Shown here: in pieces, positions 13,501 to 25,185 of the stretch
Layout: every line of letters begins with the position of its first letter
How positions within the stretch are numbered: position 1 is the stretch's first letter
Assembly: GCA_905178155.1 (NCBI GenBank)
Contig: CAJINV010000002.1
Location: 1,795,216 to 1,859,215, forward strand
Source of the DNA: Amoebophrya sp. A120
Lineage: Eukaryota > Protista > Dinoflagellata
DNA: 64,000 bases
Direction: 5' to 3'
Made by a program: the position numbers and the translations under genes
Notes under the pieces: generated by a model
What the model was told of the DNA's origin: nothing
Database searches by the model: none
The model's input: only the letters and a program-made list of their open reading frames with translations

Positions 13501-15262
13501 TCACACGTCATGCAAAACCTGCATCACAAGTCTGGCATTCTTCCAGACCCAGACATTTTTGCAATCCATACCCATCTTCCACTTTTTCGCCACGGTGAGA
13601 AACGGATCGTCAACGAACTTGTTCTATCAAATGCAAATATGTCTGGGTCTGGAGACTTGTGATGCTAAAATGTGCATGATGGAAACACTTCCGAATGCAG
13701 ACCAGCATGACAACTTTCCGGAGCTCTGTCTCATAGGCAGCCCGCATGAGAAACTGCGTTTTTGCATGACAAAAATGGCTGCGGCTTTTGTCGGTTCTTA
13801 CGCAATACAGATTTCCCAGGAATGGAAAGCTAGCATTACAAGTTCCAACTTTCCAGACCAAGACTTTTTTACATTTGATATACCCATTTCGTTCACACTC
13901 GGTTCGTGGGTTAACCCGACCGGGTAACTCAAGTCCTTCGGTGGGTTTTTCTCCAGCTCGAGGAAGTCATCGGGCACTTGTCGTGTGTTGAACGCGGGTA
14001 TGCATTGCAAATGTGTCTGGGAATGGAAAGCTGGACTTTGTAATGCATATCTTGCATTCCTGAAAAACCTGTGTTGCACGAGCAGCAAAAGAGCAGCTTG
14101 CTTTGTCATGCAGAAATACAATTCGTAATGCGTGCTAGGCATCAGAAAGCGTTCAAAAAACCTGTCATGCTTGGCTGCCATTGCAACCGTTTCACTCATG
14201 CGCATTTCAGCATCACAGGTTTCCAGACCCCGACGTATTTGCATTTGATAGCTGGTAAATCGTGGATGTCCGGATCACCATCGTCACTCATTCCCGGCTC
14301 GGATAAATATTCCGGCGGTTCTTTCGCGAATAATCTCTGTTTCGAAATTTCTGCCGCGTTCACCAACTCCTCCGCTTTCCTCCGCTCCACAAGCATGTGG
14401 TTCAAAACCTTCGAGTGCTTCGATTTCTGTTTAGTATTATCCCCGTTTTCAAACATTTCCAGCCCCTCGATCTCCGCATCGATACCGGTTAAAAAAGCGT
14501 CTAGTTGCGATTTGTTTTTGTTTTTCTTGTAGAAGGGAAGGACCGGCTTTAGGTTATTCTTTTTCGCTTCTTTCTCCTTCCGTTGCCTCTCCTCCTCTTT
14601 CTCCTTTTCGATCTGACTCGCCCGGGCTGCCCGCGTATTCATGATTTCCCAGGAATCCAAATTGTTGTTTTTCGACCTGGATTTGTAGAAATTTTTCCCG
14701 ATGTTCTTCAAGGGAGGAAGAGCGGTGCTGTTCGCGAGAAGGGAAAAAGTGGAAGAGTTCGGGTTGTGAATTAAGTTGTCTTCGTTTTGGCTGTAACTGT
14801 TCTCATAGATCGACATGTCCTGGTAGTCTGTGTCGTTGAAGGAGCTGCTATTCATCCCGATCGTATGCGAGTGCACAACTCCCCTCCCCCTCGTTTGTCA
14901 TGCGAAACCCCAAACCCAAGCGCTGCTTTGTGGCACTCTCGGCATGACAGATTCCGGAAGCCCAAACAGTACTACACTAGGCGCGTGCATTTGCCACGCA
15001 CAGGCTCCACGTGTGCTGGTGTTTGTATTGCTGCTTATCCGATACAAATGAGGGAGAGGGGGGGTTGTGGACTCTCATAGATTGGCGCCCGGGTTGACAT
15101 GGTAGAGGAGTAGAGGCTTGACCCATTGCTGCCTTTCCGCTTCCGCTTCTGTGACTGGATCAAATTCAGTGCCCGTTTTGCCTGCATGGGATCTAGTGGA
15201 GAAGTGCTGTTCAGCTGCGTCGGGGCCTGGATGCGGCCCCGGGTCGCGAAGGCGGTTGGCAT
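10503..15262 (-). CDS. Ankyrin-repeat protein with long low-complexity N-terminus (7 introner and 3 canonical GT-AG introns)
   Basis: Spliced ankyrin repeats RFHE|ACRFGNVNVVRILL, GETPLIYLIK and RTALWWAAKYNNK|PAVSLLLQLRADP. Canonical introns at about 12145-12266, 11446-11580 and 10984-11085. Frame is continuous from MPTAFATR (15262) to LSDNFLEL* (10503). Confidence 0.75.
10660..10922. mobile_element. Introner family A
   Basis: TSD GGGTT. Confidence 0.9.
11733..11907. mobile_element. Introner family E (diverged)
   Basis: TIR ..GCAAAAGTATC; TSD GATCT/GATTT. Confidence 0.75.
12728..12883. mobile_element. Introner family E
   Basis: TIR TATGCACTGCAA; TSD CTTTG/CTTGG. Confidence 0.8.
13304..13570. 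mobile_element. Introner family A
   Basis: TSD CCCAT. Confidence 0.9.
13625..13880. mobile_element. Introner family A
   Basis: TSD degenerate (TGTTC/TACCC); frame restored by removing element plus 5 nt. Confidence 0.85.
13999..14250. mobile_element. Introner family A
   Basis: TSD GCGGG/GCTGG. Confidence 0.85.
14864..15079. mobile_element. Introner family D
   Basis: TIR TATG(A/C)GAGT(G/C)CACAAC(T)CCCCC; TSD GATCG/GATTG. Confidence 0.85.
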
Positions 15263-16032
15263 TTTTAGTTGTACGATTTTTGCTGCTTGTGCTTCAGCAG
15301 AATGTGAAAACGCACGCTTTGTTGTTCTCGAAGTGAAGTGCTGTCAAGTTCCACCTTACCCTGATATAATTTCTGATTTACAACTTATAAGTGATTCACT
15401 AAAAACGATGTCGCTCACAGGTGCGAACAACAACAAACACCTTTAATACGATTTTTTTCTCCCTCAAATCGCCCCGAATTCAAAGTCAATCATTTTTGCG
15501 CTCGTAGGGCGTGGTGCAAAAATTCTCTCACTTTTGCGAGGAAGAGAAAAGAAACAACACTTCTCCTCGACATTGGAATTTAACGAAAAAACGACAGTTT
15601 TGATGCAGCTGGCGGGAAAATAGGAGATAAAAAGCGCGGCTGAAGGCTGTCAACGAGCCGGCTTTATTGTTTTTGTCAAAAATTATTGGAAAAGCGGGGT
15701 GGTTTTCGTTTTACTTCTAGGAAGAAGGTTCATCACGGCAGTGTCGATGTGTATCTCAAATGAAGATGGCTATGCGATGTTTGCGCGTAAAATCTAATGT
15801 GTTTGATAGCAAGCGTTCACTTGATCTTCCGCCCCCTTCATTTTAGCGTTTGCTTCATTTGTGCGATAGATTGAGACGAGAAACCAACCACCAGGTGTGG
15901 TCCTGTTGTCTCATCGCATTCTTGCCCACATTCTTCTTCCACCTCTGTGAAGAAGCACTCAAGTAAATGCGGTTGATGTGGTGATACAGTCGTTGGTGAT
16001 CCACAACTTCAAATCCTCTTATCTCCTCCTCC

Positions 16033-16783
16033 TCACTGCGGCATCCCCGGCGGTCTCAAGCCCCGCGGTTGCATTTGGGACTGATTCGGTCCTCCGACCC
16101 CGCGAGTGGGTGCTTGCAGGCCCATACCCATCTTATTCATGGCAAGCGCGTTGCCGCCACCGCGACCCGCGACCGCTGCTCGACCGGGGCCGGCAGTGTG
16201 TTGTGTCGATTTTACCAAGTGCGCAGGAGGTGCCTCCGCCGTCATCGACATGACCTGATATTGATACATAGATGAGATTTTTTTCATACACACATACAAG
16301 TGTATTTGTCAGCAGACTGCTTTACATGATCATGATGCAAAATTTGATTTTGTCATACAAGAAACGCAACATCAACGATACATGATTCTTACCGTATCTC
16401 CTCGTAACACCACCAATCCGATTACTCGCTTTACTTCTCTCTCCTCACCGGAGGCCTTGTGTTTGACTTTGCGGAATTCTTCTGTTTCGCCAAGTACCAT
16501 GTTCATGTACCTGATGTACAGCGAGTTTATATGTGTCATGGGAACAAGAAGTTGCCTTGCACGAGGCAAAATAAGTATGATTTCGCATGCAACAAGAGCA
16601 GCAAAACAAGATCTGTATTGCAGATAGTCCATAACCGGCACCAAGATCAGAGAGGGCAAAAACTTTCTTATACTTGTCAAACGCCAGGAATGTTCCCACC
16701 AGCACCCTGCGGTCTTTTTCGTTTGTCGTCACCCTTACCCGGTAGTCGATCCAGGTTTGCATCTTCGTCTTTCGGTCCGCCAT
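16033..16783 (-). CDS. SNRPB: Small nuclear ribonucleoprotein Sm B/B'
   Basis: MADRKTKMQTWIDYRVRVT...VGTFLAFDK|YMNMVLGETEEFRKVK...REVKRVIGLVVLRGDT|VMSMTAEAPP...GPGRAAVAGRG...RGVGGP. GT-AG introns at 16511-16673 and 16255-16392. Confidence 0.95.
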
Positions 16784-18022
16784 TTTGGAAGAGGGTTGTT
16801 GGGAATGAAGAAGAACTTGTTAGGTTGCGAAAACAATAAAGTCGTCAAACAGCAAAGTCGTAAAACTAAAAAGTGTCACTAGCGCAGCTCTGATAAAACT
16901 ACTGTAGAACAACTAAACCCGTAGAGTTTGCGCACCTAAAAAACCACAAGGACGATTTAATATCACGTGTATAATTACAAGTACACCAATTCGGCCTGTC
17001 GTGAAAGAAAAGATTTTGTTTCAAAAGCGAAACCATAAACTTCGTGGGTCTAGCTCAAAACACAATGTTAGAACGGGAAAAACATTCGCGGATCCTCATG
17101 ATATGGTTCGAGAGGAACTCTACTCGCTTAACCAACATCGGGAGACCAAAATAAAGCAGATCCTTCTTCTGAATTTAGATGAGTCACTAGGTTCTTATAC
17201 GGAGCCGCAGGACACTTTTCCAGAAAAATCGATTTTTCAGTCGCGCAGCTGATAGGACATCGCTGCGTGTTCTGTACTAGGCCTATGTTCGATCGGATTG
17301 TATGTGCTCATGATCACTTTGAAACGCCGGACTATATCGAAACAACGAACAGGCAATCTTTTTCATGTAGAACAATTTTCAGCATAATTTTCAGCGTCTA
17401 TGAACCTAAGTTGTTTGCTTGCGAAGACCAAAAGAAGATACTCCTCCGAGGCATTGTTTTTGCAGTAACGCCGATCCTCGCTATGATTTGCGTGTGGCGG
17501 TGTCCAGGTCAACATGCAGAAGTACTTAATAAACCGGGTGTGCTACAAAGTAGAGCCTATCGTGCACCAAGTCTAGTACAACTGTCTTCCGCAGTCGCCT
17601 CGGTGGCAGGCCGACGGCCGTTTTCGATTTCCGCCTCGATAGAATGAAAATTATCAGTGGCACAAAATGATCTCTTCGAAACAACGAGGGACCACGATGT
17701 TAGTTTGACAAGGTTGATTTGTGTTCTGCTCATAGCAAAAATATTTCAACAGCCAAAATTTCAGAATGTCGCTATCATGACATGCGAGAAATGATAAAAA
17801 GGAAAACGCAACCCCACCAAGCCCGACCCGCCAGTGCCGAGTCGCATGACCTTTCTTGCAGCTGTATTTGACCAGCGACAGATCGACTTACAGGAGTGAC
17901 TGAGGGAAACAAAATTGAAACAACTCGAGCTTCTATATTCTCGGAATAATTTTGTTGAAGACGTAACTTGGTGCAGCCCAGAAACTACATCAGATATGAG
18001 CATCACCATTGTCCATACCTTC

Positions 18023-21000
18023 TCACCAGTACACCGCAATGTCCCCTGCTCGCATGGTTCCCGGCCCAGGCACCAAAAACCTGTGCCCGACGTCCCGCCC
18101 TGCACCTCCAACCCGCAAGGCCGCATCCGGTGGCGGTAAAGTGACCGCTCTCATGTGAGCGGCAACGCACCGGGCGTGAACTTGGGGGGAGAAGTTCTTC
18201 TTCGCGGATATTGCTTTTTCATCAAGTTCGACTTGTTCCGTAATCATATCGACTACACCGTGTGTTGATGATGAACTAGGTGCGAGAAATAAACCTCCTG
18301 TACTATTCACACCACTTCCAGGTCGTGGTGGAGCAACCTCAAGTAGATGACCTTGCATGTGTGATGTACTAGCTCCGTGTGATGAACAATTTCCCCCGGT
18401 GCCAACCCAGTCCAGCAAACTATCGTCTTCTGCGTCCTCACTGTCGCTGTCCTGTTTCTCCGCTCCAATTTGATTATGCATAGCAAATATGTAGTCAGGG
18501 TCTGGAACAATACCAGTTTGTCATGCTTGTCTGACATGACTGTAGAGCTTGTGATGCGTGTCCACGACGACGAGGTCCTTTTGTTTGTCATCCAAAAACC
18601 AGTTTGTCATGCGGGATGGGCAATACGTAGCTGCGCAACTATTTCTCATGCTTCGCTGCGCATTACAGAGCATTCATTTTTCACGGCCTAGCATTACAAG
18701 TTCTTTCGAGATCCAGACATATTTGCATTTGGTATTGATGCTCGTAGAACAAATGCCACTCCCGATCGAGCGTCACGTGCTTCGGGACCCAATTGTTATT
18801 CAGCACCACCGCGGAAAAGAAGACAGAAACATCCCGGAGCAACACGTCCTCGGACTTTGTGTTGCGTACCATGGTGACTATTCCTGTGTGTTCTTCTGAT
18901 TGCACGACGCCGCGTAAGCCGTACGGCGGTCTGTTTAGTGGCTTCTTGAACTATCAACTGTAAAAGTGTCTGGGTCTGGAAGAATGCAAGATTTGTCATG
19001 CATATTTCTCATGACCCATGATAGTCTGTGATGTATGCCCTAGCATTGCAGATTTTTAGAACCCTTCCTGATGCACCTTTCGCATGAGAAATGCCCTGTC
19101 CGTGTAGCACAAACCGGACCCCTCTTTCTGGTCATGCAATACAAATTTTTTTAGAGTGCAAAATCAGCATGACAAGTTTCAATCTTCCAGACCCAGACAT
19201 TTTTACAATCCATATGAACTGCATGTGACCGAAAGTGTTGTGCTGCATGTGCTGGCCATTGTTCTGCTGGACAAGATGTTCCTGGTAGTACCCGTCGTCA
19301 TCGAAGTCGTAATTGTACATTTCGTAATAAAAATTTGGTTGTGGCGGATTATTTGACGAAGCTTCACCACCAACACTCGTCTCTAACTCGAACCGCAAGT
19401 CGACCCGCTGCAGCAGTTTTCTCCTTTTCTCTTCCTCTAGGAGGTTGGCGCCGGTCGGAGGTAGTTGTTCATCTTGGTGTACTAGTTCTGAAATACCAAC
19501 ATCATCTTCATCTTCGCCTATGGTTGTAGATCTAAATTTTGATGAAGTTGTACTAGCCCCTTGATTATCAAATGTAAAAGTGTCTGGGTCTGGAAGAATG
19601 CATGTTTGTCATGCTTGTCTGGCATGACTGAATCTTAAATCTGTCATGCACGTCACCCAAGAGACCCATTTTTCTGTGATGCAGAAACGCAGTCTGTCAT
19701 GCAGAATAGGCAACACCTAGAAGCTCAGAAACTTGTCATGCTGAGCCAGCATTTGTGGCCTCATCATGCGACGCCACCCAGCATCACAAGTTTCCAGACC
19801 CAGACATTTTTACATTTGATATTGATGTCGTCGCGGTCGTTGTCTCGCCGGGTAGAAGGCCACCGAAAGCCATACGTAGGGCTGGTCTTCATTCAGATCT
19901 GACCGCTTGGTAAAGATCTCGATGTGATAGTCCTCGCGAAGATGACGAGGAAGAACTGCTGCACGACCGGACGACGCGGAGCTGCTACTTGGTTTTGCAT
20001 TGCTTCCCGCTATTTCAGGATCATCCTGGTCAGAAGGAGCTTTTTTCACCAGCAATTGCAATCGTGGTGCTCCTGTTGTGGCTCCTGCTACTGCGCCATC
20101 CGTCGAAACTGGTCCTTGTTCTTCAGGTTTATTCGCACGGTACGTATGCACCAATTTGGTCGTCGTTCCCGATGTAGTTGTTGATCCAGAGGCAACATGA
20201 TTCAAACACCTAATCCCACACGTCGCCTCTTGCTGCGCGTCCAACAAACGCAGCAGGGTCTCTGCGGTGAATCTGTGGCTCGCGAGGGATTTTTTCCTGT
20301 TAATTTCGTGCGCGGCTAGTTCAAGTTCCAGGGCTGCGAAGTCGACGGCGAGGACGGACTGGGCTTCTTCCCGACGAGCGTCGTAATGCCATTCTTGCTC
20401 ATGGATTTGGTGATGTTGGAGGAACACCTGTTGCTCCGGCTGTGGACGTTGTACATCAGGATCATGCTGCTCCTCCTGTTGCAGCTCCACCACCTCCATT
20501 TGCACTTCTTGTGCCGGGTGAGGATCAAGATCATCGCCTTGCTGCATCACAACATCCTGGGCCTCGAGGACGTCTCCGTTCAGAGCCGCGGGATGTTGGC
20601 GCGCAACCGCAACTGGACGGTAAACAGCGGGGTAGGGGACAGCAGCAATTTGATGATGCAGCTGTAGATGTAGCGTCGGGTCTCCTGGTACAGCTCCAGC
20701 TTCTTGCTGAGCAGCGTCTGGCCGCTCCGCATCTTCCCGAACTATACCAGGAAGGGCATCCATTGGCTGATCCGCGACATCTTCCGAGTGCTGGGCAATA
20801 ATTTCAGCTCCTTGATGCTCAGCGGGAAATTGGGTTTCGTTCCCGTCGTGGTCGACGATGTCATCATGATCGTGATAATCATTCCCGTGAAGGTGAAGAT
20901 CTTCGTGTAGTTGTCCTCCGTCTTGCTCATCTCCCCTATAATCGTTCATCACAAGTTGAAAACAATTTCTCGTCCAGCACCTCGGCCGTTCCACCGTGCT

Positions 21001-23362
21001 GTCCACTAGCTCCGGTTGCAAAGCGAGGTTTTCGGCGTTCTTTTTCACGATCACATTCCGCTGCAGCATTTCTTCGAAATCGGTCACCGGATCCAGTAAC
21101 GTGGCATGCGGGCGCGAAAACGGCTGCTCGATCCTCGCGGACCGCAAAATGTCGAGCTTCAACCCTTCGGTTTGCGGGAGCGGGTCGAGGAGGGCAACTG
21201 GGGGAGATGGTGCTGGTTGTTCTTCTTGTGGTGCAGGAGACATCAAGGAAGACGAAGATGAGCCACTACTAGTACCTGTCCGCGCAGCAGCTGCACCAGA
21301 AGTTCTCGTTGTCCTTTTCAATTCCTCCACAATTTCCTGCTTCACCAAAACGTCCAGCATTTTCAACCCCACAAGTTTCGCGGTCGCCCGCATTTCTGGG
21401 TCGCGTACGGCGTCAATCTCCTGCACCGGCTCGGCTTCACATGAGAGTGCACAACTCCCCCCCCCTCATTTGTAATGCAAAGTACTAAATTCGCATCTTG
21501 CTTCTGAGCACAGTTTGCGTGACAAATTTTGGAGCCTCAAACAGTACTACAATCCGAGTCCAAATTTGTCATGCGGAAGCCACATATCTGGCGTTGCTTG
21601 TGTTGCTGCTCATGCCATTCAAATGAGGAGGAGGGGGTTGTGCACTCTCATACTTCAGAGGGAATTTTCAAAAACTCGCTGTAGTAGAGCTGCTTCTTCA
21701 GCAAGTACAGCGGCCCACTTATCGCAAGAAAAAACTGTTTCACTGTAAACTTGTGATGCATAGAACGGAACGCAAGTGTGTTTGTCTTGCTACACATTGG
21801 AATTTTAGCTGTGTTTTCCCTTAGGAAGCACGCATGCCAAGTTTTCTTTGTCATGTGTAACAAACTTGTGATGCAAATCTTGCAAAGCCATCACAGTGAA
21901 ACAGTTTTTTCGTGGGATACCATTTCTTCCATTCATGTAGTCGGAGGTTAAGAGATTCTGTAATGTCTTCGGTTTCCGGATCAGGGTTAAAGCACTGTTG
22001 TCCGATAAAACCGGCATTCCACCACGACCTTTTGGGCCTGTTCTAAACAAGAACTCGTCGAGATGAAACAACAACCTCGGATCGGCGTCTTCGGGAATCA
22101 TTGCGTGGTCAGACCAGAGTTTAGCGAGATTTACGCCTCCAGGAGTGAGAATCACATCGTAGACCGGATCGAGGAGAGAGTCTAATTCGATAGTCACTGT
22201 TGTAGGAGCAGACTGTCCTTTATGTTTGTTCTTTTTGTTCGCAGCTCCATTTTTTTCTCCCGGAAGATTGCTGTTCTTTGTCTTATTTTCCAAAAATTCT
22301 GCCTTCGAGAAGTAGATTTCTTGATTCAAAAACTGCACAAAGGCGTTGTAGCAGTTGCTCGCTGCATGTGGCCCATGATCTGCAGTCGTGCCCGCTCGAC
22401 TTGTGTCTAGCAGACCCTGTACGACATCCCTGCTAGGACCGCTATACACATCATGGCTTTCAATTTCTTCAGCGCCGCTTCCTCCGAAAAAGAAAGATCC
22501 CCTGCTGCTCCGCCCCCGCCGGGATTGGTAGTCCTTGGAAAACACTCGGTCCAGCCGGATGGTTAAGTTCTCCAGAATTTTGTCCCCGCCGATTGTCACG
22601 AGGGAGATCCTATCAACTGTAAAAATGTCTGGGTCTGTGGAAGAATTCATGTTTGTCATGCTTGTCTGGCATGACTCTTAAATCTGTCATGCACGTTACC
22701 CAAGAGCTCCGCTTTTCTGTGATGCAGAAGCGCAGTTTGTCATGCAGAATAGGCAACACCTAGGAGCTCAGAAACTTGTCATGCTGAGCCAGCATTTGTA
22801 GCCTCATCATGAGACGCCACCCAGCATCACAAGTTTCCAGACCCAGACATTTTTGCATTTGATAGATCCCGGTTAAAGGGGCAATTTCGCTGGTCGAGGG
22901 CATAGAATCCGCCGGAGAAAAGGGGGACGACCCACCTGCGGCGGAGGAAGTGGTCGAGGGGCGGGAAGACGAGGGTGGTGAAGCAGGGGCTGACGCAGAG
23001 GACCTGCACGTGTCAGCACAAGTATCGTATGCGGTAGACTGCGCTCCTGGGCTGGTTTGCTTCTCAAATGGGGGGCTGCTTTGCCGGGAAGCGGATGAAG
23101 TCGCGCCATCGTTTCTTTCCTCGAGAAACCCAGGCTGTTCTTGCTGTGCCAAAACAGCATCAGAATGCAGCGGCGGGTCGTGGAGTACTATCCCCTCATC
23201 ATCTGTCGCCACTGCGCCTGCGGGTAACATGAATCTTCCAGAAGTTGTGGGCTTCGCAGCTATGGGCAAGGAAGCTGCGGATACTGTCGGAAGGAACCAC
23301 GACGCAAGTCCGAGGAACACCGTCACGAGGCACCTCATTTTGCTGTATTTGTTACGCGCCAT
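18023..23362 (-). CDS. Large hypothetical secreted/surface protein (signal peptide), 6 introner introns
   Basis: N-terminal MARNKYSKMRCLVTVFLGLASWFLPTVSA. The frame is continuous across all six elements through ORFs 22760-23362, 21805-22659, 19810-21426, 19132-19398, 18681-18905 and 18023-18481. Confidence 0.7.
18475..18734. mobile_element. Introner family A
   Basis: TSD TTGAT. Confidence 0.85.
18952..19214. mobile_element. Introner family A
   Basis: TSD TGAAC. Confidence 0.9.
19566..19821. mobile_element. Introner family A
   Basis: TSD TTGAT. Confidence 0.9.
21440..21652. mobile_element. Introner family D
   Basis: TSD CTTCA. Confidence 0.85.
21720..21919. mobile_element. Introner family F
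   Basis: TIR TATC....GAAAAAACTGTTTCACTGT; TSD CCACT/CCATT. Confidence 0.8.
22611..22864. mobile_element. Introner family A
   Basis: TSD GATCC; close sister of 19566-19821. Confidence 0.9.
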
Positions 23363-23932
23363 GCTTCAATAGAGATTGAACAAGGCGCGCATCTTTTTAC
23401 TTTTGTTATTTGCAGCACTACTAGAAAAAGGCAATAAAGGTCAAAACAATGACATACATCTTGACACAAAAAATTTTATTTCATCTTTCGAAAGGGGAAA
23501 ACTAAAAATGCCTTAAAAAAAGCCGCTGCGCCCTCCGTGGGAAAACAAAAAGATATTTATAGGAAATAAAAGCCGAATCAAGAACGGCAAAACCTGGACA
23601 GCTCAACAAGGAGCGGTGAGCTGCCGTTGGAAAAATAAACTCAAGGTCCAGCAGGATCAGTACTGTGCAACTCTCTTCAGCGCCGTGGATGTGTCTGTGA
23701 CAATGGGATCGATAGCAAAAAGCTGAACCAGCGAAAAGCGTCTCGGAATACTGATTGCGATGTTGAGAAAATTTTTTACACACTTGTTCTCATCAGAGAT
23801 CAACCTACACGAATGCGACTGCCTCTCTGTATGAACAGCCGTTTGCCGACCACAACAGAAAGCTGCGTGGTCGTGATTGATACCGTACGACGTATACGAC
23901 CTAACTGCACCAGAAAAAGACGGGAAATAAAC

Positions 23933-24635
23933 GGGGGCCGCTTACTACTATGGTTCAGCGGCGGACGGACGTGCTAGTGCCGCGGCCGCGCCCCCCTTCC
24001 TGGAACGGCTACTCCGGAGGGCGCCGGCCGCCATCCAGTTGACGGCCCGACTTGGCAGGCCCACCGCGCGCGATACCGGTGGCTGCTCTCTGTCTCGAAG
24101 GCTATAAATAGGCCTGACACGCTGCCCCACTGCCACAGACCATCGCGGCCGGGGCGCATGCTTTTGGGCTGGGGGGCGGGGCCGGGCGAGCGGGGAACAA
24201 GATGGGCCCTCAGGGCGCCGGGCTCCCGCGCCCGCCCAGCTTCGCTCGCTGGCGCCGGACCGCGGCGTCAGACTTTCTACGCAAAAAAAAAGTCCACGCA
24301 TTGAAGAAACACCTTCCCGGCGCAGCACCGCTTCAGTCTGAAACGCTAGAGGAGGCGTCTCGCACGACCGGAGAACTTTGGCGGGGAAGGTTCCGACAAT
24401 TCCACTCAACGCCATGACTGTACGGAGTTGGTCCCACCCGCGCCTGGCGGGTGGCTCGCGCCCGGCGGGCGGCTCGCGCTCACATCGACCGACAGGGGGC
24501 CCCTGCGACCGAGTTAGTAACGGAGTGCCGCCGGCACGGCTTTCGTGTCTCTGCGCCCGGCGCGTGCACTCCTCGGGCTCGGGCATCATGAGTCTCATGC
24601 GCGTGCTCCTTCTTCTTTCAGAAGAAGCGGAGCGC
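23933..24635. mobile_element. Putative GC-rich non-autonomous TIR element
   Basis: Imperfect TIR GGGGGCCGCTT / AAGCGGAGCGC; flanking 5-bp repeat TAAAC; sharp GC boundary. Confidence 0.4.
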
Positions 24636-25185
24636 TAAACGACAAAACGAAAAGTCAAGTAGTGTGTGAAGGAAGATGGAGGGTGGTCGTGGTCATCTTA
24701 GAGAGGAAACTCACGTTCCCCAAAAACCAAATCAGCTTTCTAAACCGTCTCTCTTTTTTTTCTAGCAAGATCGAACCTCAAAAATACCACCTCCTCTTGC
24801 TTGAGGTTGTATTTTTCCACTCTGTCATCTGCATCTCAAAACCTAAACGCTCCTGTAGCTGCTTCTTCTACCCACTCTCCAGAACCGCTCAACAGCATGC
24901 GCCCTCCTGTTGAGGCGGAAAGCAGTCGTGGCCTGGATTCGCTTCTGGACCGCCGGCGCCGTGATGACGAAAAACAGAAGACCTCCGCAAGAAAAATTTC
25001 GGAGAGGAACACCACCCAGCACAGGAGGGTGTACTTTTTGAAGGACGTACGCGTACCGTTCTTCTTGTGTCAAAGATAAAACCAACGCGCCCGAAACTTT
25101 GTATTTTATGTTTCCTGTTCTTTGTGCTTTCGTGTCGTGACCACTTCAAATGAAACAACTTGTTCTGATCCAAGTATTTAATTTC

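Noticed and set aside
16033-16783. SmB has only canonical introns, suggesting spliceosome genes avoid introners
   Set aside because: One short gene with two introns is too small a sample.
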